Positions 1 to 12,000 of a stretch of 54,339 nucleotides of DNA are shown one piece after another. Origin of the DNA: Pseudomonadota bacterium (lineage in GTDB: Bacteria; Myxococcota; JACRCW01; JAFGSX01). The stretch covers positions 1-54,339 of the forward strand of contig JBDRCO010000119.1 of assembly GCA_043821645.1 (NCBI GenBank), in the 5' to 3' direction. Below the pieces are notes generated by a model, which saw only the letters and a list, made by a program, of their open reading frames with translations, had not been told where the DNA came from and searched no databases. Positions within the stretch are counted from its first letter, which is position 1. Each line of letters opens with the position of its first letter. The translations under genes were made by a program, and so were the position numbers.

Positions 1-240
1 CAGAGCGAGCAGGACGCGCTCCTGGGTGCTCAGCTCGGCTCGACGAGCCGCCAGCCCGAGACAGAGAGACAGGCTGAGCAGGACCAGCACGCGGGGCCCG
101 CGCCGCCACAGCACCATCCCGGCAAGGGCGACGGACAGGACCACAGCAAACGCCAGAGCCAGCGTGGACGGGATGGGCAGGTGAGGACCGAGGGCTGTTC
201 CCCCTGCGAAACCGGCGGCGATGAGGACGGCGATGGGCAC
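1..240 (-). CDS. Partial membrane protein (N-terminus; runs off the window edge), possibly ComEC/Rec2-like
   Basis: Manual translation from GTG at 240 gives VPIAVLIAAGFAGGTALGPHLPIPSTLALAFAVVLSVALAGMVLWRRGPRVLVLLSLSLCLGLAARR..., open to the window edge with about 3 hydrophobic segments. The ComEC assignment is only a resemblance. Confidence 0.45.
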   Translation of the reverse strand, partial: MPIAVLIAAGFAGGTALGPHLPIPSTLALAFAVVLSVALAGMVLWRRGPRVLVLLSLSLCLGLAARRAELSTQERVLLAL

Positions 241-270
241 GGGCTGATTATCAACAGTGTGCGATGGGGG

Positions 271-729
271 TCAACGCGAGTCCGCATTCATCAGCGCGTC
301 GCGCAGCGAGTTCTTGAGTCCGGCCGGCACGGCATCTGCTCCGACCTGCTTCAACGCGAGGGCCACTTCGTCACGCTGGGCATCGCCGAGCGCTCCCCCT
401 GCCTTCAGAGCGGCTGCATGCAGCTCGAGGACCCGGAGGTAGGCCCGGGCAGCCCTGTCCAGTTCTCCCGTGGCCAGGCACAGGTCGGCCTCGACGACAA
501 GCAGGCGTGCCAGAAGCTGCAGTTTGTCGGGATGGGCCAGCAGCTGCACCACGCTGTCGGTGTCGACGGCGTCGAGCAAGGACAGGTTCAGGCCGAAGAA
601 CTCCTGTGCCGTCTCGTCGACGGTATCCTGCGCAGCGTCAAGTCGCTGCGCCTCTTTCAGAAGGATGATGCGGCGGAGAGCGCGCCCGAAATGCTCGATG
701 AGCCGAACGATGTAATCGCTGCGGAGCAC
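271..729 (-). CDS. DUF6483-like small helical (TPR-like) protein
   Basis: N-terminus MLRSDYIVRLIEHFGRALRRII resembles the DUF6483 'DYIxRxIE' pattern; helical; lies 4 bp downstream of the 734-3280 gene. Confidence 0.65.
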   Translation of the reverse strand: MLRSDYIVRLIEHFGRALRRIILLKEAQRLDAAQDTVDETAQEFFGLNLSLLDAVDTDSVVQLLAHPDKLQLLARLLVVEADLCLATGELDRAARAYLRVLELHAAALKAGGALGDAQRDEVALALKQVGADAVPAGLKNSLRDALMNADSR

Positions 730-733
730 GGGC

Positions 734-3280
734 TCAGGCGTCTGCCAGGTTCAACACTCCAGGGGGCAGGTCTGGCACATCGTCCGGGGAGACGTTCTTG
801 AAACCGTACTCGCGAATGACTTCTTGCTTGAGTTCACGGCAGCGGGCCGGGGTCAGGTTCTCTTCTCGTAGCAAGGCCTCGGCGTAGTACGCGCGATACT
901 CCTCGACGAAGGCCGTGCGGTCACCACGGTAGTGCTCCTCGCTGTGGTTCAGGACGTGGTTGACCTCGTGCACCAGGGTCTCGGCCAGCCGCGCGGGCGT
1001 GAGCCCGTCGGCGATGTAGATGCGATCATCCCACATGTAACCATCGATGCTGCTGGTGATGGCGCGCAGCACGGGCTTGTGCTCGAGGTGGGCGTAATCG
1101 GCGGTGGTGAGCTGGACACCCTCGGGCAGGAGTTCCTTGCGCAGGCGCAGGTAGTCCGGGCGGCTGAGGTCGGACAGGGTGTCGACCTTGACACGACCGC
1201 CGACGATGGCCTCGTAGGTGGTGCGAGCCACTGCGCTGTCGGACTTCTTGAGCACATCGAGAGCCCGAGCCACCGAGGTGCGAAAGGGCAGGCTGCTGCG
1301 GGCGGGATTGACCTCAAGGAAGGGGTACTGCATGCCCTTCTCGAGCTGTCGCATCACCTTGTCTGATGCCTCGTGGTCGTGGTCGCAATACAGGGCCTTC
1401 TCCACCACCGGCCAGGTCAGGGTCGGCGGGAAGCCGAAGCGCGACGCGAATTTCTGTAGCAGAAGATCCGCCATGTCTCCGTACTCGACGAGGTTGGAGA
1501 CGTAGGCGCCGGTCATGGTCAGGGCGCGGAGCCGCCTCTCGCTCTCGGGCTCCTCGGGGTGCAGGCGCTTCATCATCTCCAGGGCCGCGCCGTAGGTGAC
1601 GATCATGCCCAGGGCATCGGCGCTTTGATGGCCGTAGGCCGCGTTGACCTGCACCCGGTACACCGGCTTGCCGTCGTCACCGCGGACCTCGCGAACGCGC
1701 ACCAACTCATCGGTCCTGTCCGAGGTGAACCAGCCATCGGCCGAGAAGCGATCCATGAGTCGCTGCTCGGGTGCTCCCTGATCCTCGGCCCAGTAAAAAT
1801 ACTCGGTGTTGAACCAGGCCACCGCGTCGGTGAGCTTGCCGCCTTCGAGCTGCGCCGGATCCACGTCGCCGCTGCGTGGCTTGAAGCTGATGCTGTTGCT
1901 GCGTCCCTTGTCGACGTGCGGCGTGAACAGCAGGTCATGGCGTCCGCCACTGCGGGAGGCCACGCCGTCGCCGTCGAGATCCAGGTGGTCGAGCGTCCGC
2001 GCGTCGTGCGGGTACAGGTAGTTGTCAGGTTCCCAGACATCCTGCTTCTCGACTGCGCCACGAATGTCCTTCCAGCCTGCGCGGGCGCCGATGCCCTCGA
2101 ACATTTTCTGGATCACGATGCGGTCATCATGGCCGTAGGTTCCCAGGTTGCTCACCAGGACCTGGCTGCCCGGGTACTGCCGGCGGACGCTGCCCAGCCA
2201 TTGCTTGCCACGGCAGGCAAAGAAACCCAGGACCTTGTCCCCCTTGGCTGCCCGCGGGCCATGCTCGAGTGACCACTTGGCCACGGCTCCCAGCTGGGCA
2301 TGGCCCGAGTACAGGATCATGTGCAGCTTGGGATCGTTGATCTCGTCGAGGACATTGGTCTCGCCCTGCACCAGCTCGACGTGGGCGAGCACCTGAGGAT
2401 GTGTGCCCTTGGGATCCTCGAGCTTCTTGGTGGCCACCACGTGGTGCTCGTCGACGACCTCGATGGCGAAGCCAGCCTTGCGGTAGGACGCGATCTCGGC
2501 GCGCCAGAACTCGTCCATCACATATTGCTTGACGTTCAAGGTGGGGGCGGGCTCGCTGCCGAACCACTTGTCGTAGGGGGGTGCCGTCGGCCTCAATCCC
2601 TCGACGAGGTGCTGACGCTGGACCTTCTGAGCGGCAGTCAGGCCGCGCAGTGGAAGAGCCTCGAGACCCAGCAGCATGTGGCGCTGCAATCCGTCATGCG
2701 GTTCTCGCTCGGCCGCTTCCAGGAGTTGCTCCACCATGCGGTTTTTCAGCGGAGCCTCGCTCGCTGACAGACCCTGAACCAGTCGCACCATCAGCGCGTA
2801 CGACGCCGAGCGCGCTCGCAGGTCGAGGAGCGAACCTCGCCCGGGGTCGTCGCGGCCGCGCCGCACGAAGTCCTCGAGGTGCGTGGCCAGCTGGGCTCGC
2901 ACCTTGGCGTTGATGCCTCTGGCCTTGAATGGGTTGTCATCGATCGCGCAGAGCTTGCTGGCTGCAGCCTCGAGGGCACGCACGCTCCCCTGGGTCAGGC
3001 CCGCCGTGGTTCGCGAGCAGAAACCATCGGATTCGAAACCTCGCGTCGTGAGCTGCACACCACCAGGAAGAAACACGGTGCTTCGCAGGCTGCTCAGGGA
3101 CGTCCCTCGCCCGGTCCGGGGCACGTCGCGGGCCCGGGTGGTCCCGCCGGCGCGCTCGACGCTATCGACAGCAGCGCCGGTCGTCCTGGTCGCCGGGCGC
3201 GCGTTCGGAGTGCTGGCGAGGGTGTCCACTCGCGGCGTGGGCAAAGCAGTGACACGGCGACGTCTATCAACAGGTGGCAT
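734..3280 (-). CDS. Large hypothetical protein: caspase-clan-like His/Cys core plus C-terminal HEXXH metallopeptidase-like domain
   Basis: ATG at 3280 preceded by GGAG. Motifs LYSGHA, FFACRGKQ, DLDGDG and LVHEVNH...EEYRAY. Collinear similarity to 27311-29584. No signal peptide. Confidence 0.8.
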   Translation of the reverse strand: MPPVDRRRRVTALPTPRVDTLASTPNARPATRTTGAAVDSVERAGGTTRARDVPRTGRGTSLSSLRSTVFLPGGVQLTTRGFESDGFCSRTTAGLTQGSVRALEAAASKLCAIDDNPFKARGINAKVRAQLATHLEDFVRRGRDDPGRGSLLDLRARSASYALMVRLVQGLSASEAPLKNRMVEQLLEAAEREPHDGLQRHMLLGLEALPLRGLTAAQKVQRQHLVEGLRPTAPPYDKWFGSEPAPTLNVKQYVMDEFWRAEIASYRKAGFAIEVVDEHHVVATKKLEDPKGTHPQVLAHVELVQGETNVLDEINDPKLHMILYSGHAQLGAVAKWSLEHGPRAAKGDKVLGFFACRGKQWLGSVRRQYPGSQVLVSNLGTYGHDDRIVIQKMFEGIGARAGWKDIRGAVEKQDVWEPDNYLYPHDARTLDHLDLDGDGVASRSGGRHDLLFTPHVDKGRSNSISFKPRSGDVDPAQLEGGKLTDAVAWFNTEYFYWAEDQGAPEQRLMDRFSADGWFTSDRTDELVRVREVRGDDGKPVYRVQVNAAYGHQSADALGMIVTYGAALEMMKRLHPEEPESERRLRALTMTGAYVSNLVEYGDMADLLLQKFASRFGFPPTLTWPVVEKALYCDHDHEASDKVMRQLEKGMQYPFLEVNPARSSLPFRTSVARALDVLKKSDSAVARTTYEAIVGGRVKVDTLSDLSRPDYLRLRKELLPEGVQLTTADYAHLEHKPVLRAITSSIDGYMWDDRIYIADGLTPARLAETLVHEVNHVLNHSEEHYRGDRTAFVEEYRAYYAEALLREENLTPARCRELKQEVIREYGFKNVSPDDVPDLPPGVLNLADA

Positions 3281-3399
3281 GCGCAGAGTCTCCTGCCTGG
3301 GAGCACCGAGATCTCTCATAGCAGATGGGAGCCCAAAATGGCGCGAGCCCCCTCAGTGACCGCGGCTCCCCCGCGGCAAGAGTCCAGTGCAGCGTCTGC

Positions 3400-4080
3400 T
3401 CAACTCCTTTTCTGAAGGCTCTGGATCAGATCGATGACGGCTTCGCGCTCGGCACTGCTGGCGACGTCGCAGACCTCGACCATCGCCATGGCGCGCGCCT
3501 CGATCACCTCACCGCTGGTGGCATCATCGTCCTCAGGCACCAGGCCCTGGTCAACGATCACGGCCAGGGCGCCTGCCTCGAGGTAGCTGGGTGCCGAGTC
3601 CACGTTGACGCCGCCAGAGACCACCAGCGGGATGTGGGGAAAGTGTGCGCGCAGGGTCGCCAGGTAATCCGGGCCGCCCAGGGCCTGGGCCGGGAACACA
3701 TTGACCAGATCCGAGGCACGCGATGCCACGACCACCTCGGTCGGGGTGGCGGCGCCCACGATCACCACCATGCCGCGGTCGCGCGCCATGCGGGCAAATT
3801 CCTCGTCGTAGAACGAGCTGAGCACGAACTGGGCGCTGGCCATCATGGCCAGGCTCACCTGCTCGGTGCTGTTGACCCGCGACATGCCCAGGATGAGGTT
3901 GCTGTCCTCGGCCAGTTCGCCCGCCACGTCGACAACGTCATCGAGGGTGGCAGGGATGCCGAGCAGCCGGATGCCACCGCGGACCAGGGCCTGCGCGCTG
4001 CGCAACAGCCGGTCGGGATCTGGCGTGTCGACCACGGCGATGAGGCCACGCTCGGCGATGTGGGAGAGAGTGTCGCGCAT
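3400..4080 (-). CDS. KDPG/KHG aldolase (Eda) family homologue, catalytically degenerate
   Basis: Fold motifs present (AQFVLS, GAATPTEV, FPAQALGGPDYL, SGGVN, YLEAGA). The Schiff-base Lys position reads N (LVNVFPA). Start placed at MRDTLSH. Confidence 0.8.
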   Translation of the reverse strand: MRDTLSHIAERGLIAVVDTPDPDRLLRSAQALVRGGIRLLGIPATLDDVVDVAGELAEDSNLILGMSRVNSTEQVSLAMMASAQFVLSSFYDEEFARMARDRGMVVIVGAATPTEVVVASRASDLVNVFPAQALGGPDYLATLRAHFPHIPLVVSGGVNVDSAPSYLEAGALAVIVDQGLVPEDDDATSGEVIEARAMAMVEVCDVASSAEREAVIDLIQSLQKRS

Positions 4081-4288
4081 GGCATCGGCGTAGCGCGCCA
4101 GTGTGGTCGCGGTCAAGCGTTGTGCGCGCACTCTAAGTCATGCAGGACCGTCCCGCGCGGCAGTCCCAGGTGCGCAACGATTGGGGAGCGGCGGCACCAG
4201 CGTCGGAGGCAAGGGCGGGACCGTTGCGCGGGGAGGCCTGTCCGCGTACCTTGGGCTGTGACGGCTCGAGGGCAGCCACGAGGACACC

Positions 4289-4626
4289 ATGGCGGGCGGC
4301 AAACCCGGTCGTTTCGACGATGATCCCGACCGCGAGGGAGGTGCAGGCGTCGTCGAGGAGACCGACAAGAAGCTCAAGAAACCGCAGCTGTACAGGGTGC
4401 TGCTGCACAACGACGACTACACGACCATGGAGTTCGTGGTCATGGTGCTGATGACCGTGTTTCACCACCAGCAGACCGAGGCCATGCGCATTATGTTGCA
4501 GGTGCACCACAACGGCACGGGTGTGGCGGGCGTCTACAGTCACGAAGTGGCCGAGACCAAGGCGAGCAAGGTGATGGAAATGGCGCGCCACAACGAGTAT
4601 CCGCTGCAATGCAGTGTGGAGCCCGC

Positions 4627-4630
<4 letters not shown>
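4289..4630 (+). CDS. clpS: ATP-dependent Clp protease adaptor ClpS
   Basis: LYRVLLHNDDYTTMEFVV...MLQVHHNG.GVAGVY...YPLQC signature. Confidence 0.97.
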
Positions 4631-6921
<2,291 letters not shown>

Positions 6922-6927
6922 GGACGT

Positions 6928-7392
6928 TCAGTCGGAGAGCCTGTTCGAGATCAGCCCGAAGAACACCGCTTCTCGCGTGAACATCCACCCGAGGTGCTGG
7001 CCGCAGGATGCGCACACCACGATGCGCCAGCTGTGACCCGCGAACCAGGTGAACTCCGTCGACGGGCTACCCACCGGGGAACAGCCCGGGGCCTGTGCGA
7101 AGCAGCCGATCTCGAACAACACGCCCGCGGGATTGAAGACGTGATGGGCATGGGAACCCTGCACCTCGATGGCTGCCCGGCTGTTGGTGATCACGTGCGA
7201 GCAACGTCGACAGCGCAGGTTGCGGGTCTCGTCCGTCCGCGGGGATCCCTCGGAGTCGGTCTCGACACCGCGTGCGCCCTCGGCGGCGCGCTGCTCGAGG
7301 AACCACCAGGGCGGCGGCGAGGATCTCTCTGGCCTCGAGCCGAGAGTGCGACGAGCGGCGAGCCCGGGACGGGTTGCCGATGTGCTCTCCAG
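6928..7392 (-). CDS. Bacterial cereblon (CULT/Yippee-like domain) protein; start uncertain
   Basis: CRRC...HVFNPAG.LFEIGCF...EFTWFAGHSWRIVVCASCGQHLGWMF...FFGLI: two CxxC Zn pairs plus the aromatic cage tryptophans. No in-frame ATG/GTG between the upstream gene's stop and the domain; CTG at 7392 is used provisionally. Confidence 0.85.
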   Translation of the reverse strand: MESTSATRPGLAARRTLGSRPERSSPPPWWFLEQRAAEGARGVETDSEGSPRTDETRNLRCRRCSHVITNSRAAIEVQGSHAHHVFNPAGVLFEIGCFAQAPGCSPVGSPSTEFTWFAGHSWRIVVCASCGQHLGWMFTREAVFFGLISNRLSD

Positions 7393-7400
7393 GGCCGTCC

Positions 7401-8996
7401 CTAGCGCCCCAGATCCGCGCACTGGAGGTCGGCGAGGAGCTTGCAGGCGCGACCGCTGAGGCACAGGCCATCGTCGGTGCAGGGGCCGCTCACGCCGAGG
7501 TCCGTGCACTGGGTATCGGTCTGGCAGGGACAGTAGCCCGTGCTGGTGCCACTGATCACCCGGCAGCTCTGGCCATCGGCACAGGTTTCTTGCGGATCGC
7601 ACAGATCGAGCACCGAGAAGCGGTCGCTGCAGCGCATGCCCGCAGGACACTCGGTATCGTCGACGCACGAGGGGCTGCAGTACGACGGGGGCGCAGTGCG
7701 CGGGTCGGCCGCGTCGAAGAAGAGATTGACCAGACAGGCGTGCTGTCCACCGTCGACACATCCAGCGTAGTCCGCATCGCAGTCCAGACAGAGCCTGGGA
7801 TCGGCGAGGGGCTCGCAGTGTCCCCCCGAGCAGAGTTCTCCATAGGGGCACTGGGAACTGCCGGTGCAGGGGCGCGGTGCGCAGGTGAGAGCGCCGGCGA
7901 CGCCGCAGGCGTTGGGTGCCTGACAACTGCCACAGTTCAGCAGCGCGTCGCAGCCGTCCGAGACCAGGCCGCAGGTTGCGCTCAGGTCCGTGCAGGTGGC
8001 GGGGGTGCAGGGGTTGGGTCCGCAGCGGTTGGCGTGACCACCACCGCCACAGATCGCTCCTCCGCTGCACAGTCCACAGTCGAGCGAGGCACCGCAGCCA
8101 TCGTCGAGCTCTCCGCAGTTGGCTCCCAGGTCCTCGCAGCGGCTCGGCGTGCAACCACACAAGTTGGGTGTTCCACCACCGCCACAGCTCATCGGTGCAA
8201 CGCACTCGCCGCAGTCGATGCGATTGCCGCAGCCATCAGGAACGGTCCCGCAGTTGCGCCCCTGCTCGCCGCACGAACGCGGCGTGCACGTCCCGCTGCC
8301 GCAGGTGTTGGCCGTGCCGCTGCCGCCGCACACCTGGGGTGCGGTGCACTGCCCGCAGGCCAGCCACTGTCCACAGTTGTCCCAGACCTCACCACAGCTC
8401 GCGTGCTCGGCGGCGCAGGTCGTCGGGGTGCAGTTTTCGACCCGGCAGCCCGCGCGCAGGATGGTCTGGCAGGTGCTGCCGCAGATCAGATAGCCCCCGG
8501 TGTAGCCCAGATGCGCGCAGCTCAGCCCTCCAAAATCGTCGCGGTCGCACAGCTCGATGCCGTCGCGAACGCCGTCCCCGCAGCTCAGGGGCGGTCCGCA
8601 GCGGGTGACGTCCAGCTCGCCGCAGTTGCTGCTGCAGCGCAGCTCGCCCGCGCGGTGGCCCTGTTGCTCGCAGGTGGCGCCACCGAGATCCGCACCGTCG
8701 CAGCGCTCGACACCGTTCCGGGTACCGTCGCCACAACCCTCGGGAGCACCGCAGCCCGAGCGATCAAAATCCTGGCAACGAGGCTGGCAGCGCAGCTCGC
8801 CGGCCGCGAAGCCAAGGGAGACGCAGGTCGCGCCCCCGAGTTCCGGCCCGTCGCAGACCTCGCCGGCCTGGCGCGTGCCATCCCCGCAGACCTCGACCCC
8901 ACCGCCACCTGCGTCCGGCGTCGGTGTGGCCGGTGGGCAGGCGGTGCACCCAAGAATCAGGGCCATCACCAGGCCGCGAGTGTGAAGCGCGCTCAT
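7401..8996 (-). CDS. Cys-rich repeat lipoprotein (myxobacterial type)
   Basis: Lipobox-like ILGC/TAC; repeated CGDGxRxxxExCDG units followed by CTPxxC...CGxxxDGCG units. Confidence 0.85.
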   Translation of the reverse strand: MSALHTRGLVMALILGCTACPPATPTPDAGGGGVEVCGDGTRQAGEVCDGPELGGATCVSLGFAAGELRCQPRCQDFDRSGCGAPEGCGDGTRNGVERCDGADLGGATCEQQGHRAGELRCSSNCGELDVTRCGPPLSCGDGVRDGIELCDRDDFGGLSCAHLGYTGGYLICGSTCQTILRAGCRVENCTPTTCAAEHASCGEVWDNCGQWLACGQCTAPQVCGGSGTANTCGSGTCTPRSCGEQGRNCGTVPDGCGNRIDCGECVAPMSCGGGGTPNLCGCTPSRCEDLGANCGELDDGCGASLDCGLCSGGAICGGGGHANRCGPNPCTPATCTDLSATCGLVSDGCDALLNCGSCQAPNACGVAGALTCAPRPCTGSSQCPYGELCSGGHCEPLADPRLCLDCDADYAGCVDGGQHACLVNLFFDAADPRTAPPSYCSPSCVDDTECPAGMRCSDRFSVLDLCDPQETCADGQSCRVISGTSTGYCPCQTDTQCTDLGVSGPCTDDGLCLSGRACKLLADLQCADLGR

Positions 8997-9077
8997 GCAG
9001 CCTCCTGCGGGCGCCTCGTCGGCGCCGCCGAGGAACGGGAACGTAAGAAGTGTGGAGAATAGCAGAACCGGAGTCGG

Positions 9078-12000
9078 TCAGGGGCAGTCCATCAGGTAGT
9101 TGTCCTGCAGCGTGATGGTGGCCGAGGGCGAACCCGAAAGCTGTGCACCGGTCGCCCCCGTCGCGGTGACGATGATGGTCTCGGCCGCTTCGTAGTACAC
9201 GCACTCGTCGTAGGCGCTGACGGTCACGCTGCCCTGGGTCTGGCCCACGTCGATGACGATGCTGCTGGCCGAGGCGTCGTAGTCCGTGTAGCGCTGGGCC
9301 GTGCCGCTGAAACCCAGCGTGATCGTCACCTGCTGCACCGCGGAGGCGGACAGGGTGGCGGTGACCAGGGACTCGGTCGGACCCACGCCCCGGGGTTCGT
9401 CAATGATGGTCGGGTTCGCAGCGAGTCCGGTCACCGTGAGCTGGTCGTTGTCATGGACGGTCGCGCTGGCGAGCAGGGGGGTCGTGGCCAGCGTGGCCCC
9501 GCTGGGGCTGTACAGTTCCAGCTCGAAACTCTCGTCTGTCTCCGCCGTGGCATCGTCGACCAGGGTCACCTGCGCCGTAGCGGTCGTGGTGTTGGCAGGG
9601 ATGAGCAGAGGAGTCGTCAAGGCCACGAAGTCGTCCGGGGCCTGGGCGCTTCCATCCACGGTCCGCACCTGCACGGTGATGTCGCTGTCCGATGCGTGGT
9701 CGAGGGCGACATTGAAGAACAGTACCGGGTCCATGCCTTCGGTGCCTTCGGCACCGGTCAGGGAGATCACGGGCAGGGCGTCGTTGTCGCGGATGGTGAC
9801 CACCGCACTGCCGCGCGTCGACGAGATCGTGGCATTCTGCGGTGATTGCAGGGTCACCGAGAAGGTCTCGCTGCTCTCGCTGAGCGTGTCGTTGACGATG
9901 GGCACGCTGCAGGTGGTCGTCTGCTGGCCCGCGGGGATCGTCGCCAGGCTGGAGATCGCGGTGTAGTCCGCGGGTGCGAAGGCCGTGGCATTGGCGCTGA
10001 CACAGGTCACCTGCACGTCGTCACGCCAGGTCTTGTTCAGGTGCACGGTCAGGATCGCTGGCCCCAGGTGCTCGTCCACGGTGAGGTCGTCGATGCTCAG
10101 CTCCGGTGGGGTGTCGTCGTCCTCGATGGTGCCCAGGGCTGCCCCGCGCAGGATGTCCGCATGGACGGCATTCGAGAGCAGCAGCGAAAAACTCTCATCC
10201 TGTTCGGCGACGGCATCGTCGACGATGGTCACGGTCACCGTGGTGCTCAGCTGTCCTGCCGCGATGACCTCGTCGCGGTCGACGGCGGTGTAGTCCGTCC
10301 CGGCCTCGGCCGAACCATCGACGGTCGTCACGTGCACGGTGACCGGACTGGCGCAGACCCTATCCAGGGTCAACAGGAAGCCGAGGCTGCCACTGCTCTC
10401 GTTCACGCTGCGGTCCGCCACCGACAGCTTGGACGTCACCCGACTCTCGTCGTCCTGGATGGTGACGGTGGCCGCGCCGCGCTCGATGTGGGCCTCGACG
10501 GGCGAGCTGAGCACCACCCGGAACCGGGTGTCCGCAGCCGTGTCGCCGTTGTCGATCAGTGGGATCTCGACCGCTGTCGTGAGCTGCTGGGCCTGCAGGG
10601 TGGCTGTACCGCTGCTCGCGACGTAGTGCTGGCCGGCCAGCGCGGTGTCATCCACCGTGTGCCACTGCACGCTCACGATCTGGTCCGACGCTGTGGTCAG
10701 CCGGACCTGCACAAAGACCGAGGCATCGGCTTCGCGCCCGGTGCCGTCCTCGACGCGCAGCCAGGGCAGGCCATCGTCGTCGCGGATGGTGACATACACG
10801 CCATGGCGATACAGGGTGCTGTCGACGCTGTACTCGGCGATCAGTACGAAGCTCTCCTCGCCTTCCTCCGCGTTGTCTTGCAGCAGCGGGATCACCACAT
10901 CGGCCGTCAGGGTGTGCGCCGGGATGACCACGGTGGTGGTCAGGGCCTGGTAGTCCTCGCCGGCCCTGGCCGAATTGTCCGCGGTCGAGACCTGCACCGA
11001 CAGGGCCGTGTCAAGCAGGCGATCCAGCTGCAGGGTCACCGTCACCGAGGCATCGGACTCCTTGGGTTGAACGTAGCTGAAGGAGATGGGCTCGTTGGTC
11101 GAGGGATCAGGATCGTTGTCCACCACCGACAGCAGCTGGCCGGCGCTCCAGGCGCTGTCGAGTCCGAGGTAGCTGTGGCGGGCGCGGATGAAGTACAACC
11201 CGGTGCCGAGACTCAGGCTGGTGACGGCTCCCGGGAACAGGGCGCCTGCGTCGACGATGTCGTCAAACTGGGGATCCCCTGCCACCTCGTAGGCGAACAG
11301 ACCGAAGTCCTGGCCCAGGCAATTCAGGGTCACGGGATGCAGGACCGAGTCGAGGGCGATGCTACCCAGGGTCTGCTCGTAACTCGAGGCCAGCGTCAGC
11401 GCCGGAGCCTCGAGGCCATCGAGGCTGCTGAAGCAGCGCAGCGTGCTGAAGGCTCCATCCTGGCCTGTGGTGTCCTGCGGCTGGGCGTGCCAGAAGAAGA
11501 TGCCCGCCCAGGGGGGCGCGAAGATGAAGGTGTCACTCGCTGTGGACTGACCTCCAAGGATGGAGGTCATGCTGGCGTCGCCGCCGACCTGAAAGCGGAT
11601 GTGAGCGATGCCGTCGCCATCCGGATCCACGGCCGTGGCTTGCAGTGCGACCGGGTTGCCATGCTCGAACACGGCACCATCTTCCGGAGCCAGGGTCTCG
11701 ATGAAGGGCTCGTGCAGGGCGTAGACCACGAAGCTGCGCTCGGCGCTGGGCTGCCCGGGGTTGCTGCCGCTGGCCGCCAGGGCACGCACCCACCAGGTGT
11801 AAGTCCAGCGCTCGTCCGTGAGATCGTCCAGCGTCACGCCGGGCGTGGTGCTGGGGATCGTTCTGACCTCGTCACCGGGATAGACCACGAAGAAGATGTA
11901 ACTGGAGATGGGATCGTCGTCGAAGTCGGTGCTCGCGCTGGCGGTGAGCGTCACGCTGGCGGGCCGGGTGAAGTAGACCGTGCCGTCGACGGGCTGAAGC

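Noticed and set aside
3357-3378. Short GC motif (gaccgcgg...ctcccc) resembling one at ~44392-44410
   Set aside because: Too short and GC-rich to exceed chance; no consistent repeat family.
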